Source: an uncultured Gemmatimonadales bacterium | Lineage (GTDB): Bacteria > Gemmatimonadota > Gemmatimonadetes > Gemmatimonadales > GWC2-71-9 | Reading direction: 5' to 3' | NCBI GenBank assembly: GCA_963717315.1 | Contig: CAVQWA010000056.1 | Coordinates: 5,960-69,959 of the forward strand | Length of the DNA stretch: 64,000 nt | In this document: piece after piece, positions 9,125 through 18,741 of the stretch | Layout of the letters: the number at the start of each line of letters is the position of its first letter | Numbering within the stretch: the first letter of the stretch is position 1 | Program-made: the position numbers and the translations under genes | Notes under the pieces: generated by a model | What the model was told of the DNA's origin: nothing | The model's input: the letters and a program-made list of their open reading frames with translations, nothing else | The model's database searches: none

Positions 9125-11947
9125 ATGATGACGAACTTCCGGATCCAAGACGTGCCCCTCCGCGGGCTGGCCGCGGCGGCCGCTGCCCTCCTCCTGGCGC
9201 TCCCGGCCGCGGCGCAGGAGCCCGCCCCGCAGCGGGCCGCGACCACGCGCACGGGCCGGATCGTCGGCCGGGTGCTCGACGCGGCCACGGGCGGCCCGGT
9301 GGTCGGCGCGGTGGTCGAGGTCGTGGGCATCGTGGCGCCACCCCGCTCCACCTCGGGCGTGAACGGGCGGTACTCACTCGACGTCGTCCCGGTCGGGCCC
9401 ACCACCATCCGGGTACGGATGATCGGCTTCACGCCGAAGACGGTGACCGGCATCCTCGTCGCCGAGGGACGGGCGGTGGAGCAGGACCTGAGCCTGACCG
9501 CCCAGACGGTGGAGCTCGAGGAGGTGACCGTCACCGCCGCGGCGGAGCGGGGGACCGTGGCGCGCGCCCTCGACGAGCAGCGGACCGCACTCGGCGTCAC
9601 CAGCGCGATCACCGGCGAGCAGATCGCGCGGAGCCCCGACGGCGACGCCGCCGCCGCGGTCCAGCGGGTGAGCGGGGTGAGCGTCCAGGACGGGCGGTAC
9701 GTGGTGGTGCGCGGCCTCGGCGAGCGCTACACCCAGACCTCGCTCAACGGCGCCCGGCTCCCGAGCCCGGAGCCGGAGCGCAAGGTGGTGCCGCTCGACC
9801 TCTTCCCGGCGGGCCTCCTCCAGGCGATCCGGACCGCGAAGACGTTCACCCCCGACCTCCCGGGCGACTTTTCCGGCGCCCAGGTGGACATCCAGACCCG
9901 GGAGTTCCCGGCCCGGGGCCAGTTCACCTTCTCCGGGGGCACCGGGTACAACTCGGCGGCCACCGGGAGCAGCATCCTCGTCGCCCCCCGCGAGGCGGGC
10001 GACCTCCTCGCGCTCGGCGCGGGCGAGCGGTCCCTCCCCTCCCTCCTGCCGCGGTTCGGGAACTTCCAGGTCAGCGCGCCGACCCAGGAGGAGACCAACG
10101 CGATCGTCAACGACTTCCGGGACGTCTGGTCGCCGCGGCGGAACACGGGCGCGCCGAGCAGCTCGTTCGCGGCGTCGCTCGGCGGCACCGCCCCGGTCCT
10201 CGGCCAGCCGATCGGCCTCGTGGCCTCGGCCACCTACGGCCTCGCATGGGAGTCGCGCCAGGACCAGCGCCGGGCCCAGGCGATCCCCGGCTCCGAACCC
10301 GGCACCACGATGGAGAGCGACCACTTCAGCGGCAGATCCGGCACCGCGAGCGTGCTCTGGGGGGGGATCCTCAACCTGAGCACCTTCATCGGGACCGGCA
10401 CCCGGCTCGCGTTCAACAACACGCTCAACCGGAGCTCCGACAACGAGGCCCGCTTCGAGACCGGCTATTACGAGCAGTTCGCGCAGGACTTCCAGCTGGA
10501 GCGGCTCACCTACGTGGAACGGAGCATCCGGTCGAACCAGCTGATCGGCGAGCACCAGCTCGGTGACCGCCACCGGTTCGACTGGAGCCTCACGTCCGCG
10601 GGGGTGACCCGGGAAGAGCCGGACCGGTCGGAGGTCCTGTACACGCTCGACGCCACCGGCGCCGCCGCGCCCGCCTGGTTCAGCGCCTACACCGAGGGCG
10701 CGGTGCGGACGTTCGCCGCCCTCGACGAGTCGAGCCTCGAGGGCGCCGGCAACGTCCGGCTCCTCTTCGGCAGCCCGTCACAGCTCCACCAGCTCCGGGT
10801 CGGCGCCCTGTACCGTGCCACCGACCGGGATGCCGACAACAGCTCCTACGGCATCACCGCCAGCGCCCTCGCGACGGCGGACCGGGAGCTCGCGCCGGAG
10901 CAGATCTTCGACGGCCGCTTCGCCCAGCCGGGCGACGCCTTCTTCCGGATCGTCCCGCTGGGCGCGGGCGGCTCGTACACCGCCGAGGACCGGCTGGCCG
11001 CCGCCTACGCCATGGTGGACTACGCCCTCTCCAGCCGGCTCCGCTTCGTGGGCGGCGCCCGGGTGGAGCGGTCCGACGTCACCGTGGTGGCCGAGCCGAC
11101 CATCGGTGACGCGGTGACCGCCGACCCGTCGTACACCGACATCCTCCCGTCCGTGGCGCTCAACTACCAGCTCGCCGACAACCAGGTGCTCCGCCTCGCG
11201 GCCTCGCAGACCCTGGCCCGTCCGGAGTACCGCGAGCTGGCGAACGTGACCTACCGCGACGTGCTGGGCGGTGACGCGGTCCTTGGCAACGCCAACCTGG
11301 AGCGGACCCTGATCCAGAACGTCGACCTGCGCTGGGAGTGGTACCTCCAGCCGGGCGAGGTGATCAGCGTCGGGGTCTTCGCCAAGCACTTCGACAAGCC
11401 GATCGAGCGGGTCTACCTGGCGACCTCGGGCAGCCGGCTCATCTCGTTCCTCAACGCCGAGAGCGCCCGGAACCTGGGGATCGAGCTGGAGGTGCGGCGG
11501 GGCCTCGGATGGATCGCCGATCCCCTCGCCGGCTTCACCGCCTTCGGCAACGTCACGCTGATGGACAGCAACGTGGACTTCGGCCCGGGGTCGGGCGCCG
11601 AGATCGAGGACGACCGCGCCATGGTCGGGCAGTCGCCCTACGTGGTGAACCTGGGGCTCTCCTGGTCGGCGCCCGACGGGGGGCTGAGCGCCACGGCCCT
11701 CTACAACGTCCAGGGCCGCCGGGTCTCGAGCGCGGGCGAGTCCCCGCTCCCCAGCGTCTACGAGGAGGCGCGGAACGTCCTCGACCTCTCGCTCCGGGTG
11801 CCCATCGGCAACGGCGTCGCCCTCAAGGCCGACGCGCGGAACCTCCTCGACGACCCCTACGAGTTCACCCAGGGCTCGGTGGTGCGCGACACCTGGCGGG
11901 TGGGCCGCACCTTCGGCGTGGGGATCTCGTGGGGCGCCGGGCTCTGA
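9125..11947 (+). CDS. TonB-dependent receptor with N-terminal carboxypeptidase-regulatory-like domain
   Basis: ATG 9125 gives the signal MMTNFRIQDVPLRGLAAAAAALLLALPAAAQE. CarboxypepD_reg-like GRIVGRVLDAATGGPVVGAVVEV. Plug domain ITGEQIARSPDGDAAAAVQRVSGVSV. Long barrel. Confidence 0.9.
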   Translation: MMTNFRIQDVPLRGLAAAAAALLLALPAAAQEPAPQRAATTRTGRIVGRVLDAATGGPVVGAVVEVVGIVAPPRSTSGVNGRYSLDVVPVGPTTIRVRMIGFTPKTVTGILVAEGRAVEQDLSLTAQTVELEEVTVTAAAERGTVARALDEQRTALGVTSAITGEQIARSPDGDAAAAVQRVSGVSVQDGRYVVVRGLGERYTQTSLNGARLPSPEPERKVVPLDLFPAGLLQAIRTAKTFTPDLPGDFSGAQVDIQTREFPARGQFTFSGGTGYNSAATGSSILVAPREAGDLLALGAGERSLPSLLPRFGNFQVSAPTQEETNAIVNDFRDVWSPRRNTGAPSSSFAASLGGTAPVLGQPIGLVASATYGLAWESRQDQRRAQAIPGSEPGTTMESDHFSGRSGTASVLWGGILNLSTFIGTGTRLAFNNTLNRSSDNEARFETGYYEQFAQDFQLERLTYVERSIRSNQLIGEHQLGDRHRFDWSLTSAGVTREEPDRSEVLYTLDATGAAAPAWFSAYTEGAVRTFAALDESSLEGAGNVRLLFGSPSQLHQLRVGALYRATDRDADNSSYGITASALATADRELAPEQIFDGRFAQPGDAFFRIVPLGAGGSYTAEDRLAAAYAMVDYALSSRLRFVGGARVERSDVTVVAEPTIGDAVTADPSYTDILPSVALNYQLADNQVLRLAASQTLARPEYRELANVTYRDVLGGDAVLGNANLERTLIQNVDLRWEWYLQPGEVISVGVFAKHFDKPIERVYLATSGSRLISFLNAESARNLGIELEVRRGLGWIADPLAGFTAFGNVTLMDSNVDFGPGSGAEIEDDRAMVGQSPYVVNLGLSWSAPDGGLSATALYNVQGRRVSSAGESPLPSVYEEARNVLDLSLRVPIGNGVALKADARNLLDDPYEFTQGSVVRDTWRVGRTFGVGISWGAGL

Positions 11948-12078
11948 CCCGGGGCACGTGACCCGATCGTGACGGCGCCGAGGGCGCATCGCCATCCGGG
12001 CCCGGTAGACATTCCGCGCTCGGACGGCGCCCCGGCGACCGGCCTGAACCAACCTCGATCCGAAAGGACCCTCCCACA

Positions 12079-13797
12079 ATGAAGCTCGCTTCCCGTTCGT
12101 GGCTGGCCACCGCCCTGCTGGCGACGACGGTGCTGGCCGGCGCCTGCAGCGACGACGACGACGGCGGCACCGGCCCGAACACCCCGCCCGCGCCGGCCAA
12201 CGTCCAGGCGGCCGCGGTGACCGAGACCAGCGTCTCGCTGACCTGGGACGCCGTGGCCGGGGCCGACAGCTACGTGGTGCAGCGCGAGGTCGCGGCCGCG
12301 CCCGCGGTCCGCGGCACGGCGCTCAGCGTGAGCCTGGTCTTCGAGACCGTCGGCACCCCGGCGACCAACGCGTTCATCGACGAGACGGTGAGCGCCGGCA
12401 CGACCTACAACTACCGGGTCGCGGCCGTGGTGGACGGGACCCAGGGCACCTTCAGCACCCCGATCCAGGTGAGCACCGGCGCGGGCGCGAAGGTGGCAAT
12501 CGTGGACGAGGACATCACGGCCGACCGGACCTTCTTCTCCGACTCGACCTACATCCTCACCGGTTTCATCCACGTCGCCAACGGCGCCACGCTGACGATC
12601 CAGGCGGGCACCACCATCATCGGCGACTACGACATCGTGGGCTCCTCGCTCTTCGTCCTCCGGGGCTCGCGGATCGAGGCCAACGGCACCGCCGAGGCGC
12701 CGATCGTCTTCACCTCGGAGCGCGCCCCCGGGCAGCGCCTCGCCGGCGACTGGGGCGGTCTGATCATCGTGGGTGACGGGATCATCAACCGGACCGGCCC
12801 GATCATCCTCGAGGGCTCGGGCACCAACACCAACAACAACTACCCGGTGGACTACGCCGGCGGCACCAACAACGCCGACGACAGCGGCATCCTCCGGTAC
12901 GTGCGCATCGAGTTCGCCGGCTACGGGCCCCTCGAGGCCGCGGAGCTGAACGGGCTCACCCTGGCCGCGGTCGGGTCCGGCACCACCATCGAGTACATCC
13001 AGGTCCTGCGCGGCCTCGACGACTCCTACGAGTGGTTCGGCGGCGCCGTGGACGCGAAGTACCTCGTCTCCTACGAGTCGGGCGACGACCACTTCGACAT
13101 GTCGGAGGGCTACGTCGGCCGGGTCCAGTACGCCATCGCCTTCCAGTCCGAGGTGCCGACCCAGCGGCCCGGCGCGGGCAGCGCGTCCGGCGACCCGCAG
13201 TCGGTGGAGAACGACGGCTGTGGCGGCGGGGCAAGCTGCCCCCTGGGCCACGCCTCCACGCCGTTCAACCAGCCGATGCTCGCCAACTTCACCCTGGTCG
13301 GGCCGCCGGACGGCATCTTCACCGCGGGGAGCGGCGGCTACGGGATGGTGCTCCGCCGCGGCACGGCCGGGTTCTACGTGAACGGGCTCGTCGCCCGCTT
13401 CGAGAAGGCGGCCTACTCGCTCCGGGACACCGAGACGGCCAACCGCGTGGCGGACAGCAGCCTCATCCTGAGCCACGTGGTGGACGCCGAGGTCGGCGCC
13501 CAGTTCCATGCCGGCCAGACCGGCGGCACGTTCGACCCGGGCACCTACAGCCTGACCGCGTCCGCGCTCACCGCCGCGGCGAGCTTCCTCGCCCTCCCGG
13601 CCAACCCCGCGGCCCCGGGCGACTTCGACTGGACCCCGGCCGCGGCCTCGGAGGCGACCGCCGGCGGGATGAACCCCTTCACCGGGGACATCCTCACCAA
13701 GGCGGGCGCATTCGTGACCGCCACCGGCTACCGCGGCGCCGTGGATCCCGCGGGCCCGAAGTGGTGGCAGAACTGGACCAACTACCTCGACAACTGA
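12079..13797 (+). CDS. lipoprotein with fibronectin type III domain (receptor-associated surface protein)
   Basis: Lipobox LAGAC. FN3-like PANVQAAAVTETSVSLTWDAVAGADSYVVQ. Conserved-looking tail GYRGAVDPAGPKWWQNWTNY. Confidence 0.8.
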   Translation: MKLASRSWLATALLATTVLAGACSDDDDGGTGPNTPPAPANVQAAAVTETSVSLTWDAVAGADSYVVQREVAAAPAVRGTALSVSLVFETVGTPATNAFIDETVSAGTTYNYRVAAVVDGTQGTFSTPIQVSTGAGAKVAIVDEDITADRTFFSDSTYILTGFIHVANGATLTIQAGTTIIGDYDIVGSSLFVLRGSRIEANGTAEAPIVFTSERAPGQRLAGDWGGLIIVGDGIINRTGPIILEGSGTNTNNNYPVDYAGGTNNADDSGILRYVRIEFAGYGPLEAAELNGLTLAAVGSGTTIEYIQVLRGLDDSYEWFGGAVDAKYLVSYESGDDHFDMSEGYVGRVQYAIAFQSEVPTQRPGAGSASGDPQSVENDGCGGGASCPLGHASTPFNQPMLANFTLVGPPDGIFTAGSGGYGMVLRRGTAGFYVNGLVARFEKAAYSLRDTETANRVADSSLILSHVVDAEVGAQFHAGQTGGTFDPGTYSLTASALTAAASFLALPANPAAPGDFDWTPAAASEATAGGMNPFTGDILTKAGAFVTATGYRGAVDPAGPKWWQNWTNYLDN

Positions 13798-13820
13798 GCC
13801 GGGGTGACCCCTGAACGCGG

Positions 13821-13850
13821 ACGGCCGGCGCCCCTCGCGCCGGCCGTTTC
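13821..13850 (+). terminator. intrinsic terminator-like hairpin
   Basis: acggccggcgc-ccctc-gcgccggccgt (11-bp perfect stem, 5-nt loop) followed by ttt. Lies 24 bp after the stop at 13797. Confidence 0.6.
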
Positions 13851-13870
13851 GCTGGCCCACATTCCATCCC

Positions 13871-14476
13871 ATGCGCTTTCACTCCCTCGCCGCCCTCCTG
13901 CTCCTCGCCGCCTGCACCGCCGAGCCGCCGGCCCACCAGGCCGCCGAGCCGCCGGCGGGGCCGCGGCGGGTGGTCGACAGCATCTTCCCCATCGAGGAGG
14001 AGATCCGGCGCTTCCAGGCCACCCTCCCCGACACCGCCCGGGCCCTCGCCGGCGGCGAGGCGAGCCGCGACGCCCTGGTGCGCCGCTTCGTCCGGGCGCT
14101 CGAGGGCGGCGACTCCACCGCCTTCGCGCCGATGGCCGTGACCCGGGCCGAGTTCGGGTACCTCTACTTCCCGGAGTCCCGCTTCAGCCGGAAGCCCTAC
14201 CGGACCAAGCCCGGGCTCCTCTGGAGCCAGATCGAGAACGGCTCGAGCCGCGGGATCAACCGGGCCTACCTCCGCTTCGGCGGCCAGCCGCTCGGCTTCT
14301 CCGGCTACGACTGCCCCGCCGAGCCGGCGGCGGAGGGGGCGAACCGGGTCTGGGAGGGCTGCACCGTCACCATCCGCCCCGCCGGCAGCGACTCCGCCCG
14401 GAGCCTCCGCCTCTTCGGCTCCATTCTCGAGCGGGAGGGGAGCTGGAAGTTCCTGAGCTATTCGAACGACCTCTGA
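13871..14476 (+). CDS. hypothetical lipoprotein
   Basis: MRFHSLAALLLLAACTAEP signal with lipobox. High third-position GC. No family recognised. Confidence 0.7.
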   Translation: MRFHSLAALLLLAACTAEPPAHQAAEPPAGPRRVVDSIFPIEEEIRRFQATLPDTARALAGGEASRDALVRRFVRALEGGDSTAFAPMAVTRAEFGYLYFPESRFSRKPYRTKPGLLWSQIENGSSRGINRAYLRFGGQPLGFSGYDCPAEPAAEGANRVWEGCTVTIRPAGSDSARSLRLFGSILEREGSWKFLSYSNDL

Positions 14477-14489
14477 CGGACGGGACGGC

Positions 14490-15944
14490 CTAGTACCCCG
14501 CCTCGCTCGCCGCCTGCCACGGGTCCACCGTCACCTTCCCGCGGACCCGCGCGAGGGTCTCCTCCTTCGTGGGCGTGCCCCAGATATTGCCGCCGGCGGC
14601 GAGGCCGGTCGCGTCCACGTACCATTCCCGGGCCCGGAGGAAGACGTTGCCGGTCACCACGGCGCCGGCGGAGACGTCGTCCACGACGAGGCCCGTCCCC
14701 ACCCCGTCGAAGAGGTTCCCCCGCACCCGCGCCTGCGTGGTCCGCTCGAGCACCAGCCCGCGCTCGACATTCGCGAGCACGTTGTCGTCCACGGCGTACC
14801 CGCGGCTCTGCTCCGCGCCCGCGGTGGGCGCGAAGAGCCGGATGCCCACGCCGCCCCCGATGATCACGTTCGCCGCCAGCGCGTTGTCGCTCCCGTGCTC
14901 GACGGCGATGCCCGCGGTCCGCGAGCCGACCACGATGTTCCCCCGCACCACCGTGCCGGTCGAGTAGCCCAGCCAGAAGCCGTAGTCGCTCGAGTCGGCC
15001 CGGTTCTCGAGGAACGCATTCCCCCAGCTGAACGTGGACTCGAACGCGTTGTGCCGCGCGTGCGAGCCGTCGTTCCGGATGACGATGTTCCCCTGGGAGG
15101 GCCTCACCCGCGGCCGGTGGCCGCTCAGGAAGAAACCGTCGCCCGAATGGGAGAGGTCGTTCTCCGCGACGTAGTTCGAGTCGCTCTCCTCCCGGAGCAG
15201 GAGGGCGGCGGAGTCGCACCCGCGGCTCCAGGTGCCGAAGGCGCAGCGGATGTTGTGCGAGGCGCGGTTCCGCACGATGACGTTCCGCGCGCTGGCCCAG
15301 AGGTGGATGCCCCAGCCGGAGTTCCGGGAGACGTCGTTGTCCGCCAGGTAGCTCCCCCGGGTGCCGACGAGCCCGATGCCGTTCTGGGCCCCGTTGGCCT
15401 TGACCCCGGTGACGGTGACCCCGTCGGCCCACTTCACCAGCAGGCCGCCGCCGTAGGTCTCGAAACTGTCGGGCCGGAAGATGTCGAGCCAGTCGCGCTC
15501 GTCGTAGCGGTCGGCGGTGGAGAGCAGCCGCTGCCGCCGCGAGCCGCTCAGGTCGGCCCCGCTCACCCGGTGGCCGCGCCCGCCCTCGACCCGGATGCCG
15601 TAGCGGTACCCCGAGATCCTCCCGCCGGTGATGACGACGCTGTCCACCCCGCGGCTCACGACCCCGGTGCCGACGAACGCCTCCGGCAGGGTGTCGCCGC
15701 TCTCCAGGACCACGCCGGAGAGGTCGAGCGTGGTGCCCGACCCGACCACCACCAGCACCCCCTTCTCCTCCGGGTCACGGATCCGGTAGCGGCCGGGGCA
15801 GACCCGGACGTCGCCCTGGACGTGGGTCTCGGCGCGCGAGGGACGGATGCAGGTGGGCATCACCTGCGCGGCGGCGCGACCGACCGGCAGTAACGCGGCA
15901 GCGACGAGGACGACGGGGATCCAGCGCGAAACCCTGGGGACCAT
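14490..15944 (-). CDS. right-handed parallel beta-helix repeat protein (NosD/pectate-lyase-fold), secreted
   Basis: Signal MVPRVSRWIPVVLVAAALLPVGRAAAQ. Repeated ~22-aa beta-helix turns (GIRVEGGRGHRVSGADLSG, NGIGLVGTRGSYLADNDVSRNSGWGIHLW, and others). Confidence 0.85.
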   Translation of the reverse strand: MVPRVSRWIPVVLVAAALLPVGRAAAQVMPTCIRPSRAETHVQGDVRVCPGRYRIRDPEEKGVLVVVGSGTTLDLSGVVLESGDTLPEAFVGTGVVSRGVDSVVITGGRISGYRYGIRVEGGRGHRVSGADLSGSRRQRLLSTADRYDERDWLDIFRPDSFETYGGGLLVKWADGVTVTGVKANGAQNGIGLVGTRGSYLADNDVSRNSGWGIHLWASARNVIVRNRASHNIRCAFGTWSRGCDSAALLLREESDSNYVAENDLSHSGDGFFLSGHRPRVRPSQGNIVIRNDGSHARHNAFESTFSWGNAFLENRADSSDYGFWLGYSTGTVVRGNIVVGSRTAGIAVEHGSDNALAANVIIGGGVGIRLFAPTAGAEQSRGYAVDDNVLANVERGLVLERTTQARVRGNLFDGVGTGLVVDDVSAGAVVTGNVFLRAREWYVDATGLAAGGNIWGTPTKEETLARVRGKVTVDPWQAASEAGY

Positions 15945-15954
15945 TGACGGCTTT

Positions 15955-15989
15955 CTCGTGACTCGTGACTCGCGACTCGCGACTCCCCT
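15955..15989. repeat. (CTCGYGA)n heptamer array, 4 units plus 1 degenerate
   Basis: ctcgtga ctcgtga ctcgcga ctcgcga ctcccct. Fills the gap between the NUDIX stop and the beta-helix gene start. Reverse complement of the 52387 array unit. Confidence 0.9.
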
Positions 15990-16458
15990 ACCTCACCCGC
16001 AGCACATCCTCCACCGTCCCGGCATCGCCCGCCGCGAGGAGCCGCCCGGCGTCCTCCAGCGCGCGCGCGCTCCGCGGCCAGGTGCACCGGGCGCGCGCCG
16101 CCTCGAGCGGCAGCCACTCGGCGGCGTCGTGCTCGCGGGAGAGCCGCACCGGCGCGCCGGGCGCCACGAACGCCGCGAAGGCGGGCACCAATTGCACCGC
16201 GCCGCTTGCCTCCACCCAGAACGCATCCACCCGGCTCAGGTTGTACAGCCGCTCCGCGGGGAGGCCGGTTTCCTCCTCCAGTTCCCGCAGGGCGGCGTGG
16301 GCCGGGGAGGGATCACCGGCCTCGACGTGGCCGTGCACCGCCTCCCAGGAGCCGGGGCAGCGGCCGTGCGGGCCGCGGCGGAGCACCAGCGCCTCGAGCC
16401 CCGCGGGGCCCTGGCGGAGGGGGTAGAGGTCCACCAGCCCGGCCCGGACCCCGGTCAC
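15988..16458 (-). CDS. NUDIX hydrolase
   Basis: Nudix box GHVEAGDPSPAHAALRELEEETGL. GTG start overlaps the upstream ATPase stop (GTGA). Confidence 0.85.
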   Translation of the reverse strand: MTGVRAGLVDLYPLRQGPAGLEALVLRRGPHGRCPGSWEAVHGHVEAGDPSPAHAALRELEEETGLPAERLYNLSRVDAFWVEASGAVQLVPAFAAFVAPGAPVRLSREHDAAEWLPLEAARARCTWPRSARALEDAGRLLAAGDAGTVEDVLRVR

Positions 16459-18710
16459 GGGCGGCCGCGGCCAAGCACCGCCTCGAGCCGGGCGGAGAGA
16501 GCGCGCGCCCGGAACGGCTTGGTGAGGAAGTCGTCGGCGCCGAGCTCGAACACCCGTACCTCGTTGTCCTCGTCTCCCTTCGCGGTGAGCACCACCACCG
16601 GCGTCCTTGCGGTGGCGGGATGCGCCCGGAGGCGCTGGAGCACGTCGTACCCCGAGAGCCCCGGGAGGTTGAGGTCGAGCACGATGATGTCGGGCGCGCC
16701 CTTGTCGGCCTGGTCGAGCGCCTCGACGCCGTCCCGCGCCTCGCTCACGTCGAAGCCGTCGCGCTCGAGCAGGTCGCGCATCACCTTGCGCAGGGTGTCC
16801 TCGTCGTCCACCAGCAGCACGTGCACTCCGCGGCGCCCCTCGGCCACCGGCGGCGGCGGCGCCACCAGCTCCTCCTCCAGCAGGTCGAAGGCGGAGGAGA
16901 GGTCCACCTCGGCGGCTCGGCGGCTCGGCGGCTCGGCGGCTGGTGCCGATGGGGCGGCGGGAGGACGGGGCGGCGGGGTTGCGACCGCCCCGCCGATCGG
17001 CAGCGCATCCAGCCCCCCGTGCCCCGGCACGTCACACACCCGGAGCAGCTCGTCGATGGAGGTCTCGCCGGCGAGCACGTGGCGGAGGCCGCTCTCCCAC
17101 AGCGACTTCATCCCCTGCTGGCGGGCCAGCCGGCCGATCCGGTCGGCGGTGGCGCCCTCCCCGATCAGCTGCTCGAGGTCCTGCGTCATCGTGAGGATCT
17201 CGGTGATGCTGAAGCGGCCGCGGTACCCGGTCTGGGCGCACTCCGAGCAGCCGACGGCCTTGTAGATCTGGGCGCCGGCGGGCACGCGGTCCCGGGCCAG
17301 CTCCGGCACCAGGTCGCCGGGGGGCACCGGCAGCGCCTCCCGGCAGATGGGGCAGAGCCGGCGCATCAGCCGCTGGGCGACGATGCCCCGGAGCGCCGAG
17401 CCGAGCTTGTACGCCTCGATGCCCATGTCCACCAGGCGCGTCACCGCGTTGGGCGCGTCGTTGGTGTGCAGGGTCGAGAGCACCAGGTGGCCGGTGAGCG
17501 AGGCCTGCACGGCGATCTGTGCCGTCTCCCGGTCGCGGATCTCCCCCACCAGCACCACGTCGGGGTCCTGCCGCAGGATGGACCGGAGCGCCGAGGCGAA
17601 GGTCAGCCCCGCCTTCTCGTTCACCTGCACCTGCACGATGTTCTGGCCCAGCTTGTACTCGACCGGGTCTTCCACCGTGACGATGTTGACGCCCTCGCCC
17701 TGGATGAGCCGGATGGCGGAGTAGAGCGTGGTCGTCTTGCCCGAGCCGGTGGGCCCGGTCACCAGCACGATCCCCTCCTTGTGGTCGAGCAGCTTGGTGA
17801 TCTTCCGCCGCTCGTCGTCGTGGAGGCCGAGCGCCTCGAGGGCCAGCACCGTGGCCTTCGAGTTGAGGATCCGGATCACGACCTTCTCGCCCAGCGAGGC
17901 CGGCAGGGTCGACACCCGGAGGTCGATCTTCTCCTGGTTCACCTGCACCCGCGCCCGCCCGTCCTGGGGCCGCAGCCGGTCCGCGATGTCGAGCCCGCTC
18001 ATGATCTTCACCCGGGAGATCACCGGAAGCCCGGCGTTCCGCGGGATCCGCATCACCTGCCGCAACACGCCGTCGATCCGGTAGCGGACGACGACGCCGC
18101 CCTCGCTCGGCTCGATGTGGATGTCGCTCGCGCGGCTGGTGACGCCGTCGGCGAGCAGCATGTCCACCAGCCGGATGATGGGGCGGGCGCTGGCCTCGTC
18201 GGCCGAGACGTTGACGTCGTCCGGCTCGTCGGTGAGCTGCCGGACCATCGGCTCGTCCATCCCGCCGAGCAGCTTGGAGAGCACCTCCTCGGGGCGGTAG
18301 TGCTCGTCGATCTTCTCCCGGAGGCGCACCGGGGGCGCGAGCGCCATCCGCACGTCGCGGCCGGTGGCGAACGCGAGCTCCTTCTCGGCGTTGATGTCGA
18401 AGGGATTCGAGGTGGCCACCTCGAGCACGGCATCGGAGATCCGGAGCGGGAGCACGTGGTGCTTCCGGGCGAGCGCCTCCGGCACCGCAACCCGCGCCTC
18501 GAGCTCGGTGCTCGAGAGGTCGGCCACCGGCAGGCGGAAGCGCTGGGCCACCGCCTGCAGGATCTGCTGGTCGGTGAGCGCACGGCGCTGCACCAGCGCC
18601 TCCCAGAGGGAGAGGTTGGTGGTCGCCTGTTCCCGCTGGAGCCCGGCCATCATCTCCGGGGCCACCAGGGGCTCGACGGACGGGACCAGCCACTCGTCGG
18701 TGAAGGGCAT
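16455..18710 (-). CDS. GspE/PilB-family secretion ATPase fused to a C-terminal response-regulator receiver domain
   Basis: ATG 18710 (MPFTDEWLV). T2SSE_N-like N-domain. Walker A GPTGSGKTTT. Asp/His boxes. CPIC...CSEC zinc motif. Pro-rich linker. Then REC with DD (LLVDDED), D (IIVLDLNLPG), T (VLTAKG) and K (LTKPF). Confidence 0.9.
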   Translation of the reverse strand: MPFTDEWLVPSVEPLVAPEMMAGLQREQATTNLSLWEALVQRRALTDQQILQAVAQRFRLPVADLSSTELEARVAVPEALARKHHVLPLRISDAVLEVATSNPFDINAEKELAFATGRDVRMALAPPVRLREKIDEHYRPEEVLSKLLGGMDEPMVRQLTDEPDDVNVSADEASARPIIRLVDMLLADGVTSRASDIHIEPSEGGVVVRYRIDGVLRQVMRIPRNAGLPVISRVKIMSGLDIADRLRPQDGRARVQVNQEKIDLRVSTLPASLGEKVVIRILNSKATVLALEALGLHDDERRKITKLLDHKEGIVLVTGPTGSGKTTTLYSAIRLIQGEGVNIVTVEDPVEYKLGQNIVQVQVNEKAGLTFASALRSILRQDPDVVLVGEIRDRETAQIAVQASLTGHLVLSTLHTNDAPNAVTRLVDMGIEAYKLGSALRGIVAQRLMRRLCPICREALPVPPGDLVPELARDRVPAGAQIYKAVGCSECAQTGYRGRFSITEILTMTQDLEQLIGEGATADRIGRLARQQGMKSLWESGLRHVLAGETSIDELLRVCDVPGHGGLDALPIGGAVATPPPRPPAAPSAPAAEPPSRRAAEVDLSSAFDLLEEELVAPPPPVAEGRRGVHVLLVDDEDTLRKVMRDLLERDGFDVSEARDGVEALDQADKGAPDIIVLDLNLPGLSGYDVLQRLRAHPATARTPVVVLTAKGDEDNEVRVFELGADDFLTKPFRARALSARLEAVLGRGRP

Positions 18711-18741
18711 CGCGGTTCCGGGAGGCGGGGGAGGCGCTCCG

